Part shown: positions 48,805-57,222 of the stretch, piece by piece
Layout: each line of letters starts with the position of its first letter
Numbering within the stretch: the stretch's first letter is position 1
Assembly: GCA_944322565.1 (NCBI GenBank)
Contig: CALUPG010000002.1
Location: 208,522-272,521, forward strand
Length of the DNA stretch: 64,000 nt
Direction of reading: 5' to 3'
From: an uncultured Bacteroidales bacterium
GTDB lineage: Bacteria > Bacteroidota > Bacteroidia > Bacteroidales > UBA932
Made by a program: the position numbers and the translations under genes
The notes under the pieces: generated by a model
The model's input: only the letters and a program-made list of their open reading frames with translations
Told to the model about the DNA's origin: nothing
The model's database searches: none

Positions 48805-48934
48805 TGATGGGCAATGGAATATAATTTGACTATAGCCGTTTGTCCGTGTGGGCAGACGGCTATTCCGGTGTAGTCATACCATAATGATTGTCCCGAAATA
48901 TTTCTGCCTCAGACGGAGAAAAAGGAGAAAAATT

Positions 48935-51127
48935 ATGGAGAACAATACCAACAGCAAGTTTGAAAATTTGAGCAAGTTCGCCGTCAATCTCAACGAGAAG
49001 GCGGCGCAGGGAAAACTTGACCCTGTCATCGGCAGGGACGAGGAAATCCGCCGCGTGCTCCAGATTCTGAGCCGGAGGACCAAGAACAACCCTATCCTGG
49101 TAGGCGAGCCTGGTGTGGGGAAGACGGCCATCTCAGAGGGCATTGCCCAGAAGATTGTCGACGGTCAGGTCCCGGAGAACCTTAAGAGCAAGAAGATATA
49201 TTCTCTTGACCTGGGAGCATTGATTGCGGGTGCAAAGTATCAGGGAGAATTTGAGGAAAGGCTGAAGGGAGTGGTCAAGGAAGTCGTTGACAGCGACGGA
49301 GAAATCATTCTTTTCATAGATGAGATACATACTCTGGTCGGTGCCGGAAGGACTTCCGGAGCCATGGACGCATCAAATATCCTGAAGCCTGCCCTTGCAA
49401 GGGGCGAGCTCAGGACAATCGGATCGACTACCCTGGATGAATACCAGAAGTATTTCGAGACAGACAAGGCTCTTGAGAGAAGGTTCCAGATGGTCATGGT
49501 GGACGAGCCTACTCCGGCCGAGTCCATATCCATCCTGAGGGGACTGAAGGAAAGATATGAGAACCACCATAAGGTCCGGATAGAGGATGACGCCCTCATT
49601 GCGGCCGTGGAGCTTTCACACAGGTACATCACCAACAGGTTCCTTCCGGACAAGGCCATTGACCTTGTGGATGAGGCTGCGTCAAAGCTGAGGCTGGAAA
49701 TGAATTCCGTGCCTGAGCCTATAGATGACCTCAACAGCAAAATCCGTCAGCTTGAAATCGAGAAAGAAGCCATCAAGCGCGAGGGTGTATCGATGAAGAT
49801 GGAAAAAATCAAGGAAGACCTTGCTTCCCTCAACAGGCAGCGCGAGGAGCTGATGAAGAAATGGGATGAGGAGAAAGGCATACTTTCCGGACTTCAGGAC
49901 GCCCGTCAGAAGATGGAGGACTATAAGATTCAGGCCCAGAATGCCGAAAGGGCAGGAGATTATGGCAAGGTAGCCGAAATCCGCTACGGCAAGATGGCCG
50001 AGACGAAAAAGAAGATAGATGACCTGAACGCAAGACAGGCGGCCATAAAGGACCCTATCATCACCGAGTCCGTCACGCCTGAGGACATAGCCGAAGTCGT
50101 CGCCAAGTGGACGGGCATACCTGTGAAGAGGATGCTAGAGAGCGAGAGGGAAAAGCTGCTCCGCATGGAGGATGAACTTCACAAGAGAGTGGTGGGTCAG
50201 GACCAGGCGATAGCTGCCGTGTCCGATGCGGTGAGAAGAAGCCGCGCCGGGCTGCAGAACGAGAAGAGGCCGATAGGCTCATTCCTGTTCATGGGTACTA
50301 CCGGAGTCGGAAAGACTGAATTGGCAAAGGCTCTGGCGGAATTCCTTTTCAATGACGAGAACATGATTACCCGCATAGACATGAGCGAGTATCAGGAGCG
50401 TCATTCGGTGAGCCGCCTTGTCGGCGCGCCTCCGGGATATGTCGGATATGACGAGGGCGGACAGCTAACGGAAGCCGTGAGACGCAAGCCGTATTCTGTC
50501 ATTCTGCTCGATGAGATAGAGAAAGCCCATCCTGATGTATTCAATATCCTGCTTCAGGTGCTTGACGACGGCCGGCTGACCGACAACAAGGGCCGGACAG
50601 TGGACTTCAAGAACACGATTCTTATCATGACATCGAATGTAGGTGCTGAAATCATCCAGGGCTATATGGACCGGCTTCCGGTCGTCGGCATCAAGGACGC
50701 TGACCCGTCTGCCGAGAAGGCTGCGAGGGAAAAAAGGGACGAAATGCTGCTTGAGTGCAAGAAAGATGTCATTGACATCCTCAAGAAAACGGTGCGTCCT
50801 GAATTTCTCAACAGGATTGATGAAATCATCATGTTCGAGCCTCTGTCTCAGAAAGACATCCGTGACATCCTTCATCTCCAGATGAACGACCTGAAGAAGA
50901 AGCTTTCCCAGAACGGTGTCTCAATCACATTCACGGAAGGATTCACTGACTATATGAGCACCAAGGGTTACGAGCCCGCATACGGCGCCCGTCCTATCAA
51001 GAGGCTCATGCAGCGCGAACTTGTCAACCTGCTTGCGAAAGAGATTCTTGACGGCCGTGTACACAGGGATTCGGTCATAGAAGTCGATGTGAAGGACGGC
51101 CAGATAGTGGTGAGGGACAGAAAATGA
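48935..51127 (+). CDS. clpB: ATP-dependent chaperone ClpB lacking the Clp N-terminal domain
   Basis: Two AAA+ modules ([12 protein letters not shown]; [12 protein letters not shown]), coiled-coil middle domain, and GARPIKR. The protein starts about 25 aa before LDPVIGR. Confidence 0.93.
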   Translation: MENNTNSKFENLSKFAVNLNEKAAQGKLDPVIGRDEEIRRVLQILSRRTKNNPILVGEPGVGKTAISEGIAQKIVDGQVPENLKSKKIYSLDLGALIAGAKYQGEFEERLKGVVKEVVDSDGEIILFIDEIHTLVGAGRTSGAMDASNILKPALARGELRTIGSTTLDEYQKYFETDKALERRFQMVMVDEPTPAESISILRGLKERYENHHKVRIEDDALIAAVELSHRYITNRFLPDKAIDLVDEAASKLRLEMNSVPEPIDDLNSKIRQLEIEKEAIKREGVSMKMEKIKEDLASLNRQREELMKKWDEEKGILSGLQDARQKMEDYKIQAQNAERAGDYGKVAEIRYGKMAETKKKIDDLNARQAAIKDPIITESVTPEDIAEVVAKWTGIPVKRMLESEREKLLRMEDELHKRVVGQDQAIAAVSDAVRRSRAGLQNEKRPIGSFLFMGTTGVGKTELAKALAEFLFNDENMITRIDMSEYQERHSVSRLVGAPPGYVGYDEGGQLTEAVRRKPYSVILLDEIEKAHPDVFNILLQVLDDGRLTDNKGRTVDFKNTILIMTSNVGAEIIQGYMDRLPVVGIKDADPSAEKAAREKRDEMLLECKKDVIDILKKTVRPEFLNRIDEIIMFEPLSQKDIRDILHLQMNDLKKKLSQNGVSITFTEGFTDYMSTKGYEPAYGARPIKRLMQRELVNLLAKEILDGRVHRDSVIEVDVKDGQIVVRDRK

Positions 51128-51195
51128 ACAGTACGGGGCACGCCGTCAATATCACTGTGGCCTGAGTTTTTAAACAATCATCAGGATTTATATAC

Positions 51196-51232
51196 CGCGG
51201 CCGGTGGAGAGTTTGGGGCTCCACCGGCCGCG
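51196..51232. repeat. Single-hairpin member of the intergenic repeat family
   Basis: CGCGGCCGGTGGAG / CTCCACCGGCCGCG, a perfect 14-bp inverted repeat between the convergent clpB and M16 genes. Confidence 0.8.
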
Positions 51233-51268
51233 ATTTTATAGTATTTTCACACCCGATGGTGTTTTCTG

Positions 51269-54151
51269 TCAGTCTTCACTGTAGATTACAGTCATCCTGT
51301 CTCCCCGGAGTATCTTCTTTGCGAGCTTCTTTATATCGCGGGAACTGACTTTCCCGACAGCGGAGCCATAGTCGAAGTTCGGGTCGAAGCCGCTTTCCGC
51401 AAGGGTCATCCTGTCGCGGTTTCTGGAGGAAAGTGAATTTTCCCGGGCCTTGGCCTTTTCGTTGCGGGCCTTGACGAGGTATTTCCCGGCGTTGTCCATC
51501 TCTTCGGTTGTCGGGCCGGAGGCTGCCATGGACTCAAGTTCGGTCAGGATGTCGGAGATGAGCATTTCGGAGAGTTCAGGACGGGTCTCGAACGCCACAG
51601 AAGATTCATATCTGCCGCGGTCTTCTGGGCTGAATTCCGTACTGAACGAGATGGAGTAGGTCCCTCCGCGCTCTTCCCTTATTTTGTCAAGGCAACGGGC
51701 GGACATTATGTAGTCAATGATGTCAAATGCCGCCATGTTTGCAGGAGAAATTGCTGCTTTGCCGCGGAAAGAGATTTCAACAGAAGACTTTGGTACGGTC
51801 TTGAGCGAATATGTGCTGTCAATGACGACATTGCCTTTGTAGCAGGCTTCTGCCGGACGGATTCCGGACTGCGGGCTGCTGCTCCCGTTGTCCAGAGAGG
51901 CCAGGTAGCGGCAGACGAGTTTCATTATTGTCTCCTTGTCCAGGTCGCTGGCAATATAAGCCGTCATGTTGCTGAAGTCCGTGTATTCCCGGCGGAATGT
52001 CTCCTTTATGAAAGCCATGTCAAGCGCCCTGAAGTCTCCGGAATCAGCAGTCTCCATCCACGGATGTCCCCCGTATCGGGCTTCCCGCATGGCCTGGTTG
52101 AACCTCCTTTTGTCAGGGTCAGCCTTTCTGATGTTGTCTATGCTGCCGGCCTTGAAGTCCTCGAGCTTCGCACAGTCGGAAAAGTACGGCTCGGTCAGAT
52201 GCAGGTACAGCTGACGGAAGCCGTTCTCGACATGTGCGCTGTCCGAATTCATCAGCACATATCCGTGTTCCTGGGATGCCCGGAATGAAACATTTGCCCC
52301 GAAGCAGGCAGGACTGTTGCGTACATCTGCGAAGTCCGAATCTCTGAATCCCGCATTTCGGGAAATATAGGACAGGGCTATCTTTGACATCTTTTCCTGC
52401 CCGGATGGGAATACCCCGTATCCTGTCCCGAACTCCAGCACGGCGTCAAGATGCCTGTATGCCTTGACCGGTGCCGATGGAGTCCAGCAAACTCTGGCTC
52501 CATTGCTGAGGGTCCATGTCTCTCCGTCCTTTTTCCTGGAGATTTTCACTATGGCACCCGGAGTGACGGCCGCCGAAGTGTCGATGTCGTCAAAGTCAAG
52601 AAAATGCGGCTCCGGCACAGAAGGAAGTGGGCTGAGCAGGAGTTCCTCCATCCTTTCCACAGCAGGAAGCCGGTTCTCTTCCCCAGTCCTGGAATTGCAG
52701 AAATATATCTTTTCGCTGTCTGCGAACATCCTGCCGATGTAAGAGGGGATTTCTCCGTATTTGATGCCGGAAAGGATTTCTCCGGTGAGTTCCTGCATTT
52801 CGGCAGGATGCACATACGGCATTCCTGTCAGGAAATTGGCTACATAGGAGGTGACAAGCTGCCTGTCGGTGACATTCTGCTTGAAGACAGGCATGCCCAG
52901 ATGCTCCTTTTTGAATACTTTGAACCTCGCGTTCTCGAATTCCTCTTCCGAAATGCCGTATCTGAGGAAGCGTTCCGTCTCATTGCGGTAGAACCTGATG
53001 ACTTCATCCAGCCCGTCTTCATCTTTCGGAAGGAGGGTGAACTGGGAGACATAGAAGTCGGTCCCGGACGGATAGGTGACAAGTACCGCCCGCTTTACCG
53101 GACAGTCGGCAGCCTTTACCGCTTCACCGAGCCTTGCGGAAAATGCCTCGGTTATAATGGACCGGATGAGCCTGTCCTTTATGAATCCTTCTGTGCGGCG
53201 GACCTCAACGGATGGATAAGGCTGCCGGTGCATCGCCTTGAAGGCAATGAACCGGATATCCGGATCGGTGACATGAGTGAATATCGGATTGTCCAGTGCC
53301 GGAATGTGACACTCTTCTTTCGGAGCAGGGTTTGCTGCTGCCGGGATGCCGGAGAACCTGTCGATTACTTTCTTTTCCATTTCAGCAGCATCGAAGTCTC
53401 CGACGATGATTACAGCCTGCAGGTCGGGACGGTACCATTTGTGGTAGAAGTCGAGGATTTCATGCCTGTCAAAGCCGTCGATTACCTCAAGGCTGCCTAT
53501 CACATTCCTTTCAGCCTGTTTTGCCCCACTGTAGATAAGGGCGGACTGGCTTTCGAACATTCGGGTCTTGGAATTGTCCCGCCTTCTCCATTCTTCCCTG
53601 ATGACGCCTCTTTCCGCATCAATCGCATCCTGGTCGCAGGAGATTTCTCCCGACCAGTCGTGCAGAACGAGCAGGACGGAGTCCACGAAGCTCTCCCGGA
53701 CCAGAGGTACGCTTGAAAGGTTGTACACAGTCTCAGTCCGGGTAGTGTACGCGTTCACATTGTGTCCGAACCGTACTCCCTCGCGGGCAAGAAATTCAAG
53801 AATTCCCTTGTCCGGGAAATGTTTCGTGCCGTTGAATGCCATGTGTTCGAGGAAATGTGCCAGGCCGTTCTGTGAGTCCTCTTCCTGAAGGGCCCCCACA
53901 TTGTGCACAATATAGAAATCAGCACATCCTGCAGGATTGGCATTATGCCTGATATAGTATGTCAGTCCGTTGTCAAGCCGGCCCTTTATGACCAGAGGAT
54001 CGCAGGCTATGGTATCTGAGGTGCAGATTTCCCCGGCCTCTGCCGTCTGCAGACGTCTCTCATGCGCCTGGCTTTCCGCCGCCTTGCCTGTTATTCCCAT
54101 AGTCAGCAGGACAATGCTTGTCAGGTAAATTTTTCTGAAATGATTTTTCAT
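51269..54151 (-). CDS. M16-family zinc protease (PqqL/FusC-like, four-domain)
   Basis: Signal peptide, GRLDNGLTYYI, inverted zinc motif HFLEHMAFNG, ERGVIREE and REERGGTYS. Confidence 0.92.
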   Translation of the reverse strand: MKNHFRKIYLTSIVLLTMGITGKAAESQAHERRLQTAEAGEICTSDTIACDPLVIKGRLDNGLTYYIRHNANPAGCADFYIVHNVGALQEEDSQNGLAHFLEHMAFNGTKHFPDKGILEFLAREGVRFGHNVNAYTTRTETVYNLSSVPLVRESFVDSVLLVLHDWSGEISCDQDAIDAERGVIREEWRRRDNSKTRMFESQSALIYSGAKQAERNVIGSLEVIDGFDRHEILDFYHKWYRPDLQAVIIVGDFDAAEMEKKVIDRFSGIPAAANPAPKEECHIPALDNPIFTHVTDPDIRFIAFKAMHRQPYPSVEVRRTEGFIKDRLIRSIITEAFSARLGEAVKAADCPVKRAVLVTYPSGTDFYVSQFTLLPKDEDGLDEVIRFYRNETERFLRYGISEEEFENARFKVFKKEHLGMPVFKQNVTDRQLVTSYVANFLTGMPYVHPAEMQELTGEILSGIKYGEIPSYIGRMFADSEKIYFCNSRTGEENRLPAVERMEELLLSPLPSVPEPHFLDFDDIDTSAAVTPGAIVKISRKKDGETWTLSNGARVCWTPSAPVKAYRHLDAVLEFGTGYGVFPSGQEKMSKIALSYISRNAGFRDSDFADVRNSPACFGANVSFRASQEHGYVLMNSDSAHVENGFRQLYLHLTEPYFSDCAKLEDFKAGSIDNIRKADPDKRRFNQAMREARYGGHPWMETADSGDFRALDMAFIKETFRREYTDFSNMTAYIASDLDKETIMKLVCRYLASLDNGSSSPQSGIRPAEACYKGNVVIDSTYSLKTVPKSSVEISFRGKAAISPANMAAFDIIDYIMSARCLDKIREERGGTYSISFSTEFSPEDRGRYESSVAFETRPELSEMLISDILTELESMAASGPTTEEMDNAGKYLVKARNEKAKARENSLSSRNRDRMTLAESGFDPNFDYGSAVGKVSSRDIKKLAKKILRGDRMTVIYSED

Positions 54152-54248
54152 ATACTTTGTCTGTTTATATTATACAATGTTTTATTTTGTCGGTTATCTC
54201 CTATAGCGGGAACGGTTCTTCCTGTGCAGTCTCCTCTGGCAGCCAGCC

Positions 54249-55859
54249 TCAGAATGTACATCCCGCCGAGATTTCCAGCACATTCCGGAACCCGGACTGC
54301 AGGGCTGCGGCCGGCGCCAGCGTATGGTCCAGCCTGTCCCTGACGCCGGCGTAGATTCCGAGGTTGTCCCTCAGAATCCGTGTGTATCTGAGCGAAAGCC
54401 CGCCTCCCAGCCTTGCGGCCGTGCGGAATTCAAAGTCCCGCATGAGATAAGAGTCTCCTGACCACGGAGACGCGGATGTGCTGGACACATATTCCCCGTC
54501 TTGAGCCGCTGTGCCGAAGCCTTTCATAAATCCGGCTTCTGCTCCTGCTGAGATGATGTTTTTCCCTTTGAGGAAATTCTTTTTGATGAAAATTCCACAT
54601 CTGAAGGCTGTCACATCCTGTCTGCGGAAGAACGGGTATGACGAAGCTGTAAAGTACCTGCCTTCGGCATTTATGCCGGCCCCGGCTTCCCATTCCGGAT
54701 AATTGTCGCGGACACCGAAATATCCCCGATAGATTGCCGCAGCCGAGAAATCGGACCTGTCAAGAGTCCGGGTCCGGCCGTGATAGACTACCTCGGTGCT
54801 TTCTCCCGGGACGGTGGATTCGGAATAGTTGTTCCGGAAATTGTTAAGAGTGCTGAAATCTCCTGAGAGACTGACCCTGTGCATGGCTTTGTTGTCTCCG
54901 AACAGGATGATGCCTCTCCATGATACTGTATTGCCGGAATGCTCCGTACGCACTACGCTTCCGCTGCCTCTGTTGCCATAGTAGCCGCTTCTCCGGAGGT
55001 ATGTGAATTCATTGAAGAACCTCAGTCCGCCCCTGCCTTTGAAATCCAGCTGGAGAGAACCTCCCATGAATGAATTGAACATCGGCCTGGCGCCTGATGT
55101 CGACACCATTCCGTTGTCACCGTCAAACTGTTCCCTGTATCCGAAATATCCCCCGTAGTCCACAAGGATGTAATACATGTTGTTGCTTGTTCCGTAGATG
55201 TTTCCGTAGACGGATTCAACGGTTTTTCTGTATTCGAGGTCAAGCCCTGCTGAAAATCTGTCTGAGGGAGCGAACCGGACGCCGGCCGAGACATCCATGT
55301 CCATCCATGAATTCAGGAACCGCGGGTCCTTGCGCTTTGCATAGTTCCCGGCTTCGTAGCTTATGCCTGCTCCGATGCTCCATTTTTCAGAGAATGAATA
55401 TGATATCCCGCCCCGAAGCAGATACAGTTCCTTTGTCTTCATTCCGGCGGTAGTATCCGTGCTTTCAAGGAAATTGACAGGATTGTATGAGGGGTCCATC
55501 AGCACCGGTCCTCCCATGTCCTTCCCCCTGAAATTGGTGTATGAAAGTTTGCCGCAGAAGGCAATCCTGTCGGAAAGCCGGATAGTTGATTCTGTGTATG
55601 CTCCGGCCTGCCAGGAGTCATCAGATTCCTCAATTCCAGCGAGCCCGCCGTCGGATTTGTTGAAGAATACTTCGGCTGCAGCAATCCTGTCTGTCGGAAG
55701 AGTCCCGAGTCCGGCATAGTTTCCGGATGTGAGCCATGGCGAAATGTCTCTGACAAAGCTGAAGTCATACACGCGCATTTCCTGTCCCGATGCAGAGTGC
55801 TGAAGCAGCATCAGAATCAGGACAGGAAAGATTAGATTAATTACAGTCGGGGCCCTCAT
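54249..55859 (-). CDS. Outer-membrane beta-barrel protein (recalled as DUF6850-like)
   Basis: Signal peptide, amphipathic strands and terminal Phe. ATGA overlap with the upstream lipoprotein gene. Family name is from memory, not from a search. Confidence 0.7.
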   Translation of the reverse strand: MRAPTVINLIFPVLILMLLQHSASGQEMRVYDFSFVRDISPWLTSGNYAGLGTLPTDRIAAAEVFFNKSDGGLAGIEESDDSWQAGAYTESTIRLSDRIAFCGKLSYTNFRGKDMGGPVLMDPSYNPVNFLESTDTTAGMKTKELYLLRGGISYSFSEKWSIGAGISYEAGNYAKRKDPRFLNSWMDMDVSAGVRFAPSDRFSAGLDLEYRKTVESVYGNIYGTSNNMYYILVDYGGYFGYREQFDGDNGMVSTSGARPMFNSFMGGSLQLDFKGRGGLRFFNEFTYLRRSGYYGNRGSGSVVRTEHSGNTVSWRGIILFGDNKAMHRVSLSGDFSTLNNFRNNYSESTVPGESTEVVYHGRTRTLDRSDFSAAAIYRGYFGVRDNYPEWEAGAGINAEGRYFTASSYPFFRRQDVTAFRCGIFIKKNFLKGKNIISAGAEAGFMKGFGTAAQDGEYVSSTSASPWSGDSYLMRDFEFRTAARLGGGLSLRYTRILRDNLGIYAGVRDRLDHTLAPAAALQSGFRNVLEISAGCTF

Positions 55860-57166
55860 TTTCTCAGCGAGGCCGTCCTTCTCTGGTGGAAGTCGTTTGA
55901 GGAATTGTTGGTGTCCTTGTAGATGATGTGCGCCCCGTTGGCGATGGATGCCTCGGCGTCGATTCCGGACGGGTCGGTAGACCCTTCTGCCTCGCTTTCG
56001 GTGCCTCCTGCATAGTTGTATACGAGAAGACCTTCATTTTCAGGCAGAGCCTCGGTGGCCTCCTTGTCTACATTCCGGTACAGGGTGTATCCGAGCTGTG
56101 AGGTGAATGTAGCATGGCCGGCGTCCACGGAAGGCAGAAGCCTCTTCTGGTTCTGGGCGTCGTATGTGGCACGGAACACTTCGATGCCGTTGATTACCCA
56201 CTCGACAGGGACCATTGCGTCAGTTGCCGCAGCATTGACCTCCGATATTACGCCCGGGTCCTGGGAGAAATCGGACGGAGTCCTGCCCTCTGTAGAGAAC
56301 ACGAAGAATGCAGGCGATGAGTTGGACAGCACCCAGGCATTTCCGTAAGCATTGTATTTGTATGTCTGGAGATAGTGTGATGCCGGAATGCCTGCTGACG
56401 GAGCCGGATGATAGTTGACATTGGTGTAGATTTCCGGAGCGTAAGTCACATAATATTCCGGGCTGGACAGGTCTACCGACTGGCTGTAGGTCTGTGTGTG
56501 GTCGATGGCCCCGTTGAGGGCTACGACTATCTGTGAATAAGGGGCGATTGCCACCGGCTCCTGGAACCACCATACCGAGCAGTATGCCGGAATCCAGTCC
56601 GTATAGGTGAGGACTCCTCCCTCATAGTATTTGTTTGTGGCATTTGAGTTGGCAGGACTGCACATTCCGATGCAGAAGTCTGTTGTCAGAGTTGCTTCTT
56701 CGGCTGAATTGTTATAGAGGATGACATACTTGTCATAGTGATAATATCCGCTGCCGTCGTCCTTTGGGCATCCTCCGATGTAGAGTTCCTTGATGACAAT
56801 CTGGTTTGACTCCGATTTCACAAGGTTGAGTTCAAATGAGTTCTCCCCTGTTGCAGATACCGCTACATTTGAATTGACTCCGTTGTAGACAAAAAGGTCC
56901 GAGCCTTCGCTGACAGAATATGTCGCCGATGCCGAATAGATGCCCGGGAGCACTGAAAATAAGGCTGTGCCGCAGGCGTCGGTCTGTGCCTGGTAGCTTG
57001 CGCTTGAGTTGAGGTCTGCAAGACTTACGGTAATGCCTTCGGTTGCAAACGCCTCGTTTTCGTAAACAAGACTTACCGATACCTGTACCGGCCGGTCCTG
57101 TGTCGGTGTCTTTTCGCATGCGGCGGCAAAGGCGGCCGCAAGCGCGATGATGATGAATTTTTTCAT
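55856..57166 (-). CDS. Surface lipoprotein (recalled as DUF4876-like)
   Basis: Lipobox FAAAC, KELYIGG...DKYVILYNN and DTNNSSNDF. Confidence 0.75.
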   Translation of the reverse strand: MKKFIIIALAAAFAAACEKTPTQDRPVQVSVSLVYENEAFATEGITVSLADLNSSASYQAQTDACGTALFSVLPGIYSASATYSVSEGSDLFVYNGVNSNVAVSATGENSFELNLVKSESNQIVIKELYIGGCPKDDGSGYYHYDKYVILYNNSAEEATLTTDFCIGMCSPANSNATNKYYEGGVLTYTDWIPAYCSVWWFQEPVAIAPYSQIVVALNGAIDHTQTYSQSVDLSSPEYYVTYAPEIYTNVNYHPAPSAGIPASHYLQTYKYNAYGNAWVLSNSSPAFFVFSTEGRTPSDFSQDPGVISEVNAAATDAMVPVEWVINGIEVFRATYDAQNQKRLLPSVDAGHATFTSQLGYTLYRNVDKEATEALPENEGLLVYNYAGGTESEAEGSTDPSGIDAEASIANGAHIIYKDTNNSSNDFHQRRTASLRK

Positions 57167-57222
57167 GATATCACTGGTTTTATCTGTTATAATTTCATTC
57201 CTTTCTCCTTTGAGTCATCTCC

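Noticed and set aside
52451-53716. 421-aa + strand ORF, and many other long alternative ORFs such as 42781-43593, 8769-9581, 31870-32619 and 3626-4309
   Set aside because: They lie antisense to or out of frame with well-supported genes, show no recognisable motifs, and are expected shadows in GC-rich coding DNA.
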